Origin: Candidatus Aminicenantales bacterium
GTDB lineage: Bacteria; Acidobacteriota; Aminicenantia; Aminicenantales; UBA4085
Assembly: GCA_049515535.1 (NCBI GenBank)
Contig: JBEKTZ010000002.1
Coordinates: 27,787-91,786 of the forward strand
Length of the DNA: 64,000 bases
Direction of reading: 5' to 3'
Shown: positions 38,621 through 48,478 of the stretch, piece after piece
Layout: every line of letters starts with the position of its first letter
Position numbering within the stretch: position 1 is the first letter of the stretch
The notes under the pieces: generated by a model
Told to the model about the DNA's origin: nothing
Database searches by the model: none
Seen by the model: the letters and a program-made list of their open reading frames with translations, nothing else
Made by a program: the position numbers and the translations under genes

Positions 38621-40180
38621 CTATTTTTTCCCCTCGGCTGTTTTTGGGAGGCGCTGGAACACGATCTCCTTGACCGCCGGTTCGAGTTTGATGGCCAGGC
38701 TACCGATGTCTCCTCGCGAATCGATGATGAAGGTCAACCGTTCATCGAGACCGGCCAGATCGTTCCTCAATGAGAACGTATCGTAATGGAAGTGAGAGAG
38801 GGCGAACGTCATCGAATGAAATTCGGCCGCGAGATGATCCTCGTCTTTCCTGATCGCGAACGGGCCGTAAGCCGGGTGCTCGTAGATTCCGACATAGTCC
38901 TCGAGCGGATGCGAGGGCTTCGTGTCGGGTTTGCGGTCCTTCTCGCTCTCTTTTTTCGTTTTTTCCGCGTCCGCCTTGGCCTTGGCCTGATCCTCGTTGA
39001 TGCGCGCGTTCCAATCGATCGGATTCATCCCCAGCAAGCGGTCATAAATATTATAGGCCAGCGTCGCATTGATCGCCGCGTCCTCCAGATTATTCAGGAG
39101 AACGATGCCGATGCCGTCCTTCGGCATCATGGAAACCGTCGCGGAAAACCCGTCGATCGACCCGCCATGGAAAACCAGGAGATGCCCCCGATAGGCGCCG
39201 ATCCGCCAGCCCATGGCGTAGCTTCCGTAAAAAAGCTCATCGTATTTTGGGGAGTCCGGGATAACGACCTGGGGCAAATGAATCTGGGCCAGCGCGGCTT
39301 CCGATAGGATCCGTTTTTCTCCCTTGTCGCCGAAAGTCCCTTTGTTCAAGTTCATCAAGACCCAGCGGGCCATATCCAGGACATTGGAATTGATCGCTCC
39401 GGCCGGGGCGATGGCGTCGACATTGCAAAACGGCACGGCCGCGACCTTGCCGTCGCTTTCCTGGTACGGGAGAGCGAAATCGGCCGCTTTCCGGGAATCT
39501 TCCACGGAAAAATTCGTTTCCGTCATGCCGAGCGGATCAAGGATGCGCTTGCGGGCGAACTCCTCCCAAGGCCCGCCGGCGACGCTCTCGACGATGAGAC
39601 CGGCCGTCATAAACATCAAATTATTGTATTGATAGACTTCGCGGAATCCCCGGCTGAAATCGAGATAGCGGAGACGATCGAAAAGCTCGCGCCGGGACAA
39701 CGGCGATTTGTACCACACCTTGTCGTGGCGCGGCAGACCCGAGCGGTGGCAGACGAGATCCCGGACCTTCATTTGATCCGACGCGACAGGGTCGGACAGG
39801 GTGAACGTCGGCATGTAAGAACGCACGGGTTTGTCCCAATCGAGTTTCCCTTCATCCACCAGGATCCCCATTGTCGTCGCCGTGAAAGCCTTGCTGCAGG
39901 ATCCGATGGCGAAGAGCGTATGCGGCGTGACCTTCAAACCGTTCTGGACGTCTTTCAATCCGAACCCTTGAGCGTAAAGCAGTTTCCCGTCTTTGACGAT
40001 CGATATCGCCACTCCCGGCACTTTGTGCTCGGCCAGAATCCTGTTGACGAAAGCCTCGAACCCTTTGAGCTTGGCCAGGTCATCGGATTTGGACCCCGCT
40101 TGAACGGTGCCGCAAGAAAGCATAAGGACAAAGGAAATTAGAATCGAAAAAATCCTTTTACCGTTCATCATGGTGATCAT
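38621..40180 (-). CDS. Serine hydrolase, beta-lactamase/AmpC-like, with C-terminal DUF3471-like domain
   Basis: Signal peptide, IGSCSKAF (SxxK), HRSG, YNN (YxN), HGG and YVGIYEHPAYG. Confidence 0.88.
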   Translation of the reverse strand: MITMMNGKRIFSILISFVLMLSCGTVQAGSKSDDLAKLKGFEAFVNRILAEHKVPGVAISIVKDGKLLYAQGFGLKDVQNGLKVTPHTLFAIGSCSKAFTATTMGILVDEGKLDWDKPVRSYMPTFTLSDPVASDQMKVRDLVCHRSGLPRHDKVWYKSPLSRRELFDRLRYLDFSRGFREVYQYNNLMFMTAGLIVESVAGGPWEEFARKRILDPLGMTETNFSVEDSRKAADFALPYQESDGKVAAVPFCNVDAIAPAGAINSNVLDMARWVLMNLNKGTFGDKGEKRILSEAALAQIHLPQVVIPDSPKYDELFYGSYAMGWRIGAYRGHLLVFHGGSIDGFSATVSMMPKDGIGIVLLNNLEDAAINATLAYNIYDRLLGMNPIDWNARINEDQAKAKADAEKTKKESEKDRKPDTKPSHPLEDYVGIYEHPAYGPFAIRKDEDHLAAEFHSMTFALSHFHYDTFSLRNDLAGLDERLTFIIDSRGDIGSLAIKLEPAVKEIVFQRLPKTAEGKK

Positions 40181-40206
40181 TCTCCCAGCGTTTCGGGTTG
40201 AAGCTA

Positions 40207-40295
40207 CGGAGAGGGCGGGATTCGAACCCGCGATTCCGATTGCTCAGAATAACGGTTTTCGAGACCGTCGCCTTCAACCACTCGGCCACCTCTCC
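40207..40295 (-). tRNA. tRNA-Ser(CGA)
   Basis: Reverse complement GGAGAGGTGGCCGAGTGG...GACGGTCTCGAAAACCGTT...long variable arm...GGTTCGAATCCCGCCCTCTCCG. Confidence 0.93.
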
Positions 40296-40451
40296 GCATC
40301 GATCGGATCGGAATCAAAATCGGGAGGCCTATTATATAGGATTTGAGCGGAAAAGAAACCCCTCCTCGAAAGCTCTCGTCCGAACGGACAAGCCTGGCAT
40401 CTCCATCAAAAAACGCCGGTTCGGGCCGCAGATACACCGCTCTTCGTGATT

Positions 40452-40934
40452 CTAGCCTCTTTTTGGGGAAGAACGAGGCTCGATCCCGCCCCGTCTCGTC
40501 TTGAAAAAATCCTTGAGGGCGCGGCCGCATTCCCCGGCCAGAACGCCGCCAAGGATTTCCATCCGATGATTCGTTTTCTCTAAAGGGAAGGCCATGATCG
40601 ACAGGACCGCTCCGGCTTTAGGATCCCGCGCTCCGAAAACGAGCCTGTCGATCCGCGCCTGGACGATCGCCCCCATGCACATGGCGCACGGCTCGATCGT
40701 GACATAGAGCGTGCTTTCGGCCAGCCGGTAATTCCTTTGCTTCCGGCCCGCTTTTCTGACCGCGACGATTTCGGCATGGGCCGTGGGGTCATTCGTCCGA
40801 ATGGGCCGATTGTGCCCGCGGGCGATGATCTTCCCGCGCGAAACGATGACGGCCCCCACGGGGACCTCTCCCATCTTTGCCGCCTTGAAAGCCTGGCCAA
40901 GGGCCTCTCGCATATAATGTTCGTCTTCGTTCAT
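40452..40934 (-). CDS. tadA: tRNA adenosine(34) deaminase
   Basis: EVPVGAV, DPTAHAE and EPCAMC; probable start MNEDEHYM at 40934. Confidence 0.93.
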   Translation of the reverse strand: MNEDEHYMREALGQAFKAAKMGEVPVGAVIVSRGKIIARGHNRPIRTNDPTAHAEIVAVRKAGRKQRNYRLAESTLYVTIEPCAMCMGAIVQARIDRLVFGARDPKAGAVLSIMAFPLEKTNHRMEILGGVLAGECGRALKDFFKTRRGGIEPRSSPKRG

Positions 40935-41012
40935 CTTTTTAGGGCCGGACCATGATCTTCCCCATTTTACTTCATGGCGAATCCATGTCAAAATACGGAT
41001 ACAGGAGCGGCC

Positions 41013-42215
41013 ATGGATAGTCTGGAATGTCTTTTCTGCCACAGACGGTTTCCTTTGGACGTTTTTTTCCCTTTTTGCCCGGATTGCGACGAACCCCTGC
41101 TCGTCCGCGGATCGAAGAAGCCCCGCGCTTTCCGAACGGACAAAAAGCTGGCCATCGAGGTCTTCCGGGATTTTCTTCCGCTTCGGAAGATCGATCCGGA
41201 TCTGAGCCTGGGCGAGGGAGACACACCGTTAATTCGGCTCGGGCAGCTCATGTCGAAGTTCGATCTCCCCCTGGTTTTAGCCAAGAATGAAACCGTCAAT
41301 CCCACGTCCAGCTTCAAAGACCGGGGAACCGTGGTGGCGGTCCAAAAAGCCGTGGCCCTGGGCCTTAAAAGAATCGGGACGATTTCAACGGGAAACATGG
41401 CCGGCTCAACCGCCGCGTACGCGGCCAAAGCGGGTCTCCAATGCGTCATTTTCGTCAAAGAAGACACGACCAGGGAAAAGATCCTCGCCGCGGGGATTTA
41501 CGGTCCTGCGCTCTTCAAAGTCCGGGGCGACTATGGCCGGCTCTTTCGCAAGAGCTTCGAGATCGGCCGAAAATACGGGATCTATTTCATGAATTCGGTC
41601 GATCCCTTTCGAATCGAGGGCTACAAGGCCACCGGCTTCGAGATCTTTTTGCAGCTCGAGGCGAGGGCGCCCGGATACATTATCGTGCCGGTCAGCGCGG
41701 GCGGTCATCTGATCGGCCTGATGCGCGCCTTTTTGGATTTGAAAAAAGAGGGCATGATCCGGAAAATGCCCGTTTTCATCGGCGTCCAAGCCAGGGGTTG
41801 CTCCCCGTTGGCCCGCGCCTCGGCTTCCGGCAAGACCGCGTTTTCGATATTCCCGAATCCGCGGACCATCGCCCACGCGATTTCCAACCCGAATCCGCCG
41901 GGCGGCAATATCGTCTTGAAGATGATCCGCGAGAATCAGGGGATGATGGTCGGCGTCACTGACGCCGAGATCTTGAAGGCTCAGAAGATTCTGGCGGAAG
42001 AAGAAGGCCTTTTCTGCGATCCGGCGTCGGCGACGGTCGCGGCGGCCTTTTTGCGTCTGGCCGGGAGGCGCGAATGGAAATCCCGCGACCGGATCGTCCT
42101 GGTCATTACGGGCAGCGGCCTGAAGACGATCGAAGACCTGGACGAGGCGTCGATCCGCTATCACGAGGCCTCGCTGGAAAGCCTTGAAAGGAAGATGAGT
42201 TCTGTGTTATCGTAA
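41013..42215 (+). CDS. thrC: Threonine synthase (with N-terminal CxxC..CxxC)
   Basis: SLGEGDTPL, NPTSSFKDRG (PLP Lys), STGN, RIEGYK and VITGSGLK; ATG at 41013 after CAGGAG. Confidence 0.9.
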   Translation: MDSLECLFCHRRFPLDVFFPFCPDCDEPLLVRGSKKPRAFRTDKKLAIEVFRDFLPLRKIDPDLSLGEGDTPLIRLGQLMSKFDLPLVLAKNETVNPTSSFKDRGTVVAVQKAVALGLKRIGTISTGNMAGSTAAYAAKAGLQCVIFVKEDTTREKILAAGIYGPALFKVRGDYGRLFRKSFEIGRKYGIYFMNSVDPFRIEGYKATGFEIFLQLEARAPGYIIVPVSAGGHLIGLMRAFLDLKKEGMIRKMPVFIGVQARGCSPLARASASGKTAFSIFPNPRTIAHAISNPNPPGGNIVLKMIRENQGMMVGVTDAEILKAQKILAEEEGLFCDPASATVAAAFLRLAGRREWKSRDRIVLVITGSGLKTIEDLDEASIRYHEASLESLERKMSSVLS

Positions 42216-42338
42216 GCAAGGAGAAGGGAGGCTCATGATCTGATTTCCATCGCCGAGGATCATGAGCCATTATTCTTTTTTCCCTTAGCTCAAAGCAGGT
42301 GAAAAAGGATTCTTCGTTTTAATAAACAGGAGGTTCGC

Positions 42339-43325
42339 ATGAGTCAAAATTTTCCCCAGATGGAATTCAAATTGCCGCCCTTGCCGAAAATACCATGGAA
42401 ATTCGTTAAGATCGGCCTTTTGGTCGTCATCGCCGTCATTTTTCTTTACGGCTCGATCTACCAGATCAGCCCCGATGAAATGGGCGTCATCCAGCGCTTC
42501 GGCAAATTTGTCCGGACCACGGATCCTGGGCTGCATTTCAAGCTTCCCTTCGGCATCGAAGCGCTGACCAAAGTCCCGGTCCAGCAGCAGCTCAAACAGG
42601 AGTTCGGTTTCCGAACGACGAGGGCCGGCGTGCACTCCGAGTTTGTCATTCCGCCCGACGCCCAGAAAGAAGCCGTGATGCTTACGGGCGATTTGAACGT
42701 CCTCAACGTCGAATGGATCGTCCAATACAAGATCAAAGATCCGTACAAATACCTCTTCAAGATGCGGGAAGCGCAGGCGACCTTCCGCGACATGAACGAG
42801 GCCGTCGTCCGGCGCGTCATCGGCGACAACTCCGTGGACGAGGTCCTGACCACGGGACGAGACCGCCTGGCCCATGAAGCCAAGGACGCGCTTCAAAACC
42901 TCTGCAATCTCTATGAGATCGGCATCGACGTCAGCCAGCTCATCTTTCAGGACATCAATCCTCCGGAACCCGTGAAACCCTCCTTCAACGAGGTCAACGA
43001 GTCCCTTCAGGAAAAGGAACGGAAGATCAACGAGGCTTGGGCGGAATATAACAATGAGATTCCCAAGGCCTCGGGCGTGGCGGAGCAGGCCATTCGCGGC
43101 GCCGAAGGCTACGCCACCGAGCGGGTCAATAACGCGAAGGGCGACGCGAGCCGGTTCACCGCCGTCTACCAGGAATACGTCCGAGCGCCCTTGGTCACGC
43201 GCAAGCGTCTTTATCTCGAAACCCTCAATGACGTCATGCAGAAGATCGGCAAGAAAATCATCCTGGACGGTCAGCAGAAAAACCTCTTACCCCTGCTCAA
43301 TCTGAACGAGGAGGTGAAGAAGTGA
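42339..43325 (+). CDS. hflK: FtsH modulator HflK
   Basis: SPFH domain, MLTGDLN, A..YA.ERVN.AKGDA.RF and RKRLYLET. Confidence 0.93.
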   Translation: MSQNFPQMEFKLPPLPKIPWKFVKIGLLVVIAVIFLYGSIYQISPDEMGVIQRFGKFVRTTDPGLHFKLPFGIEALTKVPVQQQLKQEFGFRTTRAGVHSEFVIPPDAQKEAVMLTGDLNVLNVEWIVQYKIKDPYKYLFKMREAQATFRDMNEAVVRRVIGDNSVDEVLTTGRDRLAHEAKDALQNLCNLYEIGIDVSQLIFQDINPPEPVKPSFNEVNESLQEKERKINEAWAEYNNEIPKASGVAEQAIRGAEGYATERVNNAKGDASRFTAVYQEYVRAPLVTRKRLYLETLNDVMQKIGKKIILDGQQKNLLPLLNLNEEVKK

Positions 43326-44269
43326 AAAAATCGACGAGAAACATCATCCTCATCGGCGCCGCTCTTGTCGCGCTGATTATTCTCGCGGATTCCATCTATA
43401 TCGTTTCCGAAACCAACCAGGTCATCATCACTCAGTTCGGCGAGCCGATCGGCGGCGCCGTGACGACCGCGGGCATTCATTTCAAGACGCCCTTCGTCCA
43501 GAAAACGAACTATTTCGAGAAGCGCTGGCTGGAATGGGAGGGCGATGCCAACCAAATCCCGACCAAAGACAAGAAATACATATGGGTCGAGACCTACTGC
43601 CGCTGGCGCATCAGCGATCCTCTCCGGTTTTTCCAGAGAGTCCAGGACGAACGCGGAGCGCAGTCCCGTTTGGACGACATCGTGGACGGAGAGGCGCGCA
43701 ACGCGGTCGCCAATTACGACCTGATCGAGCTGGTCCGGTCCTCGAACCGGGCCTTCGATCAATCCGAGGAATCCGCCCTATTTCTGGATTCGGCGACGAT
43801 CGCCGCCAAAATCCAATTGGGCCGGGAAAAGGTCGCCAGGATCATTCTGGAAAAGGCCGACAAGATCACGCCCGAATTCGGGGTCGAGATCAAGGATGTC
43901 CAGATCAAGAGGGTCAATTACGTGGACGAGGTCCAAAAGAAGGTCTTCGAACGGATGATCGCCGAGCGGCAGCGGATCGCCTCCAAGTACCGGTCGGAAG
44001 GCGACGGAAAAAGCGCCGAGATCCGCGGCCAGAAAGAGCGCGAGTTGAAACGGATCCAATCCGAAGCTTACAAGAAAGCCCAGGAGATCATGGGCAAGGC
44101 GGATGCGGAAGCGACGAAGATCTACGCCCTGGCTTACAACCTGGACCCGGAACTCTACCAGTTCCTGAAGACCATGGAGAGCTACCGGACAAGCTTGGCC
44201 AAGGATACCTGGCTCGTGCTTTCGACCGACAGCGAATTTCTGAAGTATCTGAAGAGCTCAGGCAAGTAG
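43322..44269 (+). CDS. hflC: FtsH modulator HflC
   Basis: IITQFGEP, PTKDKK, WRISDPL and VFERMIAERQRIA..RSEG. Confidence 0.93.
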   Translation: MKKSTRNIILIGAALVALIILADSIYIVSETNQVIITQFGEPIGGAVTTAGIHFKTPFVQKTNYFEKRWLEWEGDANQIPTKDKKYIWVETYCRWRISDPLRFFQRVQDERGAQSRLDDIVDGEARNAVANYDLIELVRSSNRAFDQSEESALFLDSATIAAKIQLGREKVARIILEKADKITPEFGVEIKDVQIKRVNYVDEVQKKVFERMIAERQRIASKYRSEGDGKSAEIRGQKERELKRIQSEAYKKAQEIMGKADAEATKIYALAYNLDPELYQFLKTMESYRTSLAKDTWLVLSTDSEFLKYLKSSGK

Positions 44270-45328
44270 TTCCACCAGCTTTTTCCTGTTCGGGAAAAGC
44301 GCCGGCGTTCCGCCCGTGTGGAAGAAGACGATCTTATCGGTGCGCTTGAAATAGCCTTTAGCCGCGAGATCCACAAGGCCCACCATCGCTTTGGACGTAT
44401 AAACCGGATCGAGGACGATCCCTTCGCGGGTGAAGACGAGCCGGATGATCTCAGCCACTTCCCTATTCACGATGCCATAGCCGTCCTTGATGTATTCGTC
44501 GAAGACGACGATGTCATCGGATCGGACGTCCGAATTCAGACCGAGCGCGCGTTCCGTGGCCTTGGCGATCGTCAAGACCTCTCTTGAGAACGGTTCCTTC
44601 GGATCCGAGACGCTGATGCCGACGATCCTGGTTTTGGATGAAACGGCCTTGGCCCCGACAACGAGCCCGGCTTGGGTCGCGCCTGATCCGGTCGAATGGA
44701 CGATATAATCCGGCTCGAAACCCGAAGCCCGGGCCTGTTCCCGCATCTCCAGGAAAGCGTCCACATAGCTGACCGCGCCCAGCGGAAGCTCCATCGAACC
44801 CATCGGCATGGACCCGCCGACGGCGACCACATAGGGGCGATGCCCTTTTCTGCGGAATTCCTCGGCGATATCTTCGGCCACGCTCAGATAATCTCCGGAT
44901 TTAGCGCTTTGGCCAGGCAATGGATCCTTGATCCGGATATCCGCCCCCAGAATGTAATCCAGCAGCATATTGCCGTCGTATTCCTCGGGGAGGTCATATC
45001 TCTTGAACAAAACCAGCACGGGCTTGATGCCGAACCGGCTGGCCGCGGCCGCCGTCTGCATGGCCCAATTGGACTGAAGGGCGGCCCAGGTGACGATTAC
45101 ATCGGCTTTTTTAGCCAGCATGTCCGGAAAGATGAATTCCAGCTTCCGCGATTTGTTGCCGCCGAAGGCCAGGCCGGTCAAATCGTCCCGCTTGACGTAT
45201 ATTTCGGGCCCGTCGATTTCGGCCGTCAGATTTTCGAGCTTCCGAAACGGCGTCGGCAAATGAATGAGATTGACGCGGGGAAACTCACGAATTTTCCGTT
45301 CGATGTCATTCATGGTATAGGCGCTCAT
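44258..45328 (-). CDS. D-cysteine desulfhydrase / ACC deaminase family PLP enzyme
   Basis: KRDDLTG..GGNKSRKLEF, QSN, GSGAT, LDPVYTSKA and FHTGG. Confidence 0.9.
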   Translation of the reverse strand: MSAYTMNDIERKIREFPRVNLIHLPTPFRKLENLTAEIDGPEIYVKRDDLTGLAFGGNKSRKLEFIFPDMLAKKADVIVTWAALQSNWAMQTAAAASRFGIKPVLVLFKRYDLPEEYDGNMLLDYILGADIRIKDPLPGQSAKSGDYLSVAEDIAEEFRRKGHRPYVVAVGGSMPMGSMELPLGAVSYVDAFLEMREQARASGFEPDYIVHSTGSGATQAGLVVGAKAVSSKTRIVGISVSDPKEPFSREVLTIAKATERALGLNSDVRSDDIVVFDEYIKDGYGIVNREVAEIIRLVFTREGIVLDPVYTSKAMVGLVDLAAKGYFKRTDKIVFFHTGGTPALFPNRKKLVELLA

Positions 45329-45461
45329 GATATCTTTATATCTCCTGATGCTTTTCAGGTCGTCAAGGCTCCTGTCCCGGAGGTTTCATGAATTTCCTGA
45401 TTTCCGCCGCTCTATGCCTAGGTGAAGCCCCGGCATCAACGGAGCAAGACCCTCAAAATAA

Positions 45462-45486
45462 GGGGGCGATCCGGAGATCGCCCCCC
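45462..45486 (-). terminator. Intrinsic terminator after the second VPS10/BNR gene
   Basis: GGGGGCGATC-loop-GATCGCCCCC stem; the minus-strand transcript continues into TTATTTT. Confidence 0.7.
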
Positions 45487-45505
45487 AACTCGCAGGCAAT
45501 GAATT

Positions 45506-48268
45506 TTACTTCGTCGGATCCTGCAAGATCTTCGCGATGCCCGTGAACTGCTGATTGTCCACGATCAAAACGACTTTGTAGTTACCCTCTCCGGCGGGAC
45601 TGGAAATGAAATTCGGGTCCTGCTGTCCCCTCATCTGCGCCACGAATTCGGGAGGGACATCGGTCAAATCCATGCCGGCACCGCCTCCGAATCTTCCCGC
45701 CCGGCCCTGCATGGCCTGCTTCTCGGCCGGGGTCCGCTCCCGCCTGATCATCATGTTCCACGACGCGGTATTGAGCCCCACATTGCCGCTGCCCTTGATC
45801 TCATTGACAAGCATGTTGCCTTTGTAGATCTGGATCTTGACATCGCCCGCGGGCTTGGCTTTGAGATAGTAATTGATGACGACCGCCGCCGGCTCGCTTT
45901 TGCCGTTGAGATTGAGAGAGCTGGAATTGAAACGCCCGATTTCCGACCAGCGGATTCTGGGCTTGATCGCGCACAAATAAGCGTTGCTCACGAGAACCTG
46001 CGGCGTCAAATCCTGAAGCGCCGAGATGTCCGCGATGTAGATGCCGCGGCCATGGGTGGCCACGATCAGGTCGTTCTCGCGCGGATGGACCTTCAGGTCG
46101 TGGATGGGCTGGGTCGGCATATTGCCTTTCATCTTCGTCCAACTTTTGCCGCCGTCGAGAGAAACATAAATCGCGAAATCCGTCCCGACGAAGAGAAGAT
46201 CCGGGTTCTTGACGTCTTCGCGAACGACGTTGATCGACTCATTGGGCAGATTTCCGACGATCGAAGTCCAAGTCGCGCCATAATCCGTGGTCTTATATAG
46301 GAACGGCCGGAAATCGTCGTTGCGCAGCCCCGTGTACGAGACATACGCCGTGCCGGGGTCGGCATTGGAAGCGGCCACGCGGCTCACCCAATAGCCCGGA
46401 TTGCCCGCAATTTTATCGTTGAGCTTCGTCCAATTTTTTCCATCGTCTCTCGTGACCCAGACGTTTCCGTCGTCGGTGCCGGCCCAGAGCAGCCCTGGAA
46501 TGAGAGGCGATTCGTCCATCGTCGTGAGCGTACAATATTCGATACTGCCGTCGCCGCCTTTGCCCTGGGGAAGCTTGGCCGGATTGTTGGTCGTGAGGTC
46601 GGGGCTGATCTCGGTCCAGGTTTCGCCGCGGTTCGTCGATTTCACGATGAGATTTCCGCCATGATAGACCACGTTGCCGTCGTGAACGGAGACGAGGAGC
46701 GGCGCGCACCAGTTCCAGCGTATCGCGGATTTGACCTGAGCATAGGCGATACGCTTCGTTTCGCCGGTTACGAGGTCCATCCTCTGCAGCGACCCGTTCT
46801 GAGATTCGTTATACAGAAAACGGTTGGTCTTCTTGTCGAAGACGTTGTACATGCCGTCGCCGCCGCCGACCGTCTGCCAGTCCTCCAGGCGTATCGGCGC
46901 GCCGCCTTTTTTGGTGCTCGGGCCCATCATAGACCCGTTGTCTTGCAATCCGCCCGCGACCCGATACGGATAAGACATGTCGTAATCCACCGCGTAAAAC
47001 TGGGCCATGGCCATATAATCGGGATGGAACCAGGTCTTGCCGCCGTCGAACGTCACGCCCATGCCGTGATCGAAACCGAGGAGCATATGAAGCGAATTGG
47101 CCGGATCGATCCAGAGCGCGTGGTTGTCGCCTCCGAAGCGAAAGGCGCTTCCCCAGGTCTTGCCGCCGTCCTTGGATTCTTGGACGCCGACCGTGAGGGC
47201 GTAGACGTGCTTGTCGTCATTGGGATCGACGATGATGTCGCAGTAGTAATAGCCGGGCCCCGAGCCGATGCTCTGTTTCTCGGGGCTGACTTTTTTCCAG
47301 GTCGCGCCGGCGTCGTCCGTTCGGTAGACCTCTCCATCGATCATGCCCGAGCTCGATTTGCCCTCCACGATCTCTTTCCAGCGCGCCTCTGCGGTCATTC
47401 CAGATTTGTTGCCGTTCTCGATGACGGCGTAGAGGATGTTCGGATTTCTGAGATAGACGCTCAAACCGATGCGGCCGAGAATGCCGCTTGGGAGACCGCC
47501 GCCGAGCTTTTTCCAGCTCCGGCCGGCGTCGGTGGTTTTATAAATGCCGGTGCCGGGCCCGCCGAGCTGGTAGTTCCAGTCCTTGCGAAGCTTGTCGTAG
47601 GTGGCCGCGTAAAGGATGTCCGGGTTCTTGGGATCCATCACGACGTCGACCGCGCCGATGGCCCGGTCTCCGACCTTGACGTCGAGGGATTTGACCCAGG
47701 TCCTGCCCCCGTCCCGGGTCATATACAGACCGCGGTCAGGATTATCGGTGTAAAGGTGGCCGAGCGCCGCGACATAAACGACGTCGGGGTTGGTCGGATG
47801 GATAATGATGCGACCGATATGATGGGACTCCCTGAGCCCCATATTCCTCCAGGTCTTGCCGGCGTCCGTGGATTTGTACATCCCGTCGCCGTAGTAGGTG
47901 CTTCGGGAGCAGTTGGCTTCTCCCGTCCCCACCCAGACGACGCTGGGATTGGACGGAGCGACGGCGATATCGCCGATCGAGATCACCTTCTCGTTCTCGA
48001 AGATCGGCTCGAACGACTGGCCGTTGTTCACGGTTTTCCATAGGCCGCCCGAGCTGACAGCGGCGTAGAACGTGTACGGCTGCTGGAGCGGGACCGCGAA
48101 GTCCACGAACCGGACACCCTGACGGGACGGTCCGATGTCCCGGTAAGTAATCGTTTTGAAGAAATCCTCGCCTGGGGTTTGGCTGAATGCGTTCACCGCG
48201 CTCAAAAGCGGTATGACCGCTAGCGCGCACACGAACAGGATTTTAACACGAGATTTTAAAAAGAGCAT
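45506..48268 (-). CDS. Second secreted VPS10/BNR-repeat beta-propeller protein
   Basis: Signal peptide, repeated TxDAGxTW Asp-boxes, GTGE, GGLQDNG and GGDG motifs. Confidence 0.85.
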   Translation of the reverse strand: MLFLKSRVKILFVCALAVIPLLSAVNAFSQTPGEDFFKTITYRDIGPSRQGVRFVDFAVPLQQPYTFYAAVSSGGLWKTVNNGQSFEPIFENEKVISIGDIAVAPSNPSVVWVGTGEANCSRSTYYGDGMYKSTDAGKTWRNMGLRESHHIGRIIIHPTNPDVVYVAALGHLYTDNPDRGLYMTRDGGRTWVKSLDVKVGDRAIGAVDVVMDPKNPDILYAATYDKLRKDWNYQLGGPGTGIYKTTDAGRSWKKLGGGLPSGILGRIGLSVYLRNPNILYAVIENGNKSGMTAEARWKEIVEGKSSSGMIDGEVYRTDDAGATWKKVSPEKQSIGSGPGYYYCDIIVDPNDDKHVYALTVGVQESKDGGKTWGSAFRFGGDNHALWIDPANSLHMLLGFDHGMGVTFDGGKTWFHPDYMAMAQFYAVDYDMSYPYRVAGGLQDNGSMMGPSTKKGGAPIRLEDWQTVGGGDGMYNVFDKKTNRFLYNESQNGSLQRMDLVTGETKRIAYAQVKSAIRWNWCAPLLVSVHDGNVVYHGGNLIVKSTNRGETWTEISPDLTTNNPAKLPQGKGGDGSIEYCTLTTMDESPLIPGLLWAGTDDGNVWVTRDDGKNWTKLNDKIAGNPGYWVSRVAASNADPGTAYVSYTGLRNDDFRPFLYKTTDYGATWTSIVGNLPNESINVVREDVKNPDLLFVGTDFAIYVSLDGGKSWTKMKGNMPTQPIHDLKVHPRENDLIVATHGRGIYIADISALQDLTPQVLVSNAYLCAIKPRIRWSEIGRFNSSSLNLNGKSEPAAVVINYYLKAKPAGDVKIQIYKGNMLVNEIKGSGNVGLNTASWNMMIRRERTPAEKQAMQGRAGRFGGGAGMDLTDVPPEFVAQMRGQQDPNFISSPAGEGNYKVVLIVDNQQFTGIAKILQDPTK

Positions 48269-48478
48269 GAAACCTCCGTGACCTGAGATTTAAAACGAAA
48301 GATTCTTTGGCGGGACCGAGCGGAACGCGATTTCAATCGTCAATCCAATAAGTTAAAAAAAATCTCTTTAGTGATTATCACAGAACGGATGAAACGTCAA
48401 TATTGTATCGTCCTGACCGTCGGACGGTTTCTCAGTCGAGGGGCGCACGGATTGCCTAGGGAAGATCCCAGGAATGAA

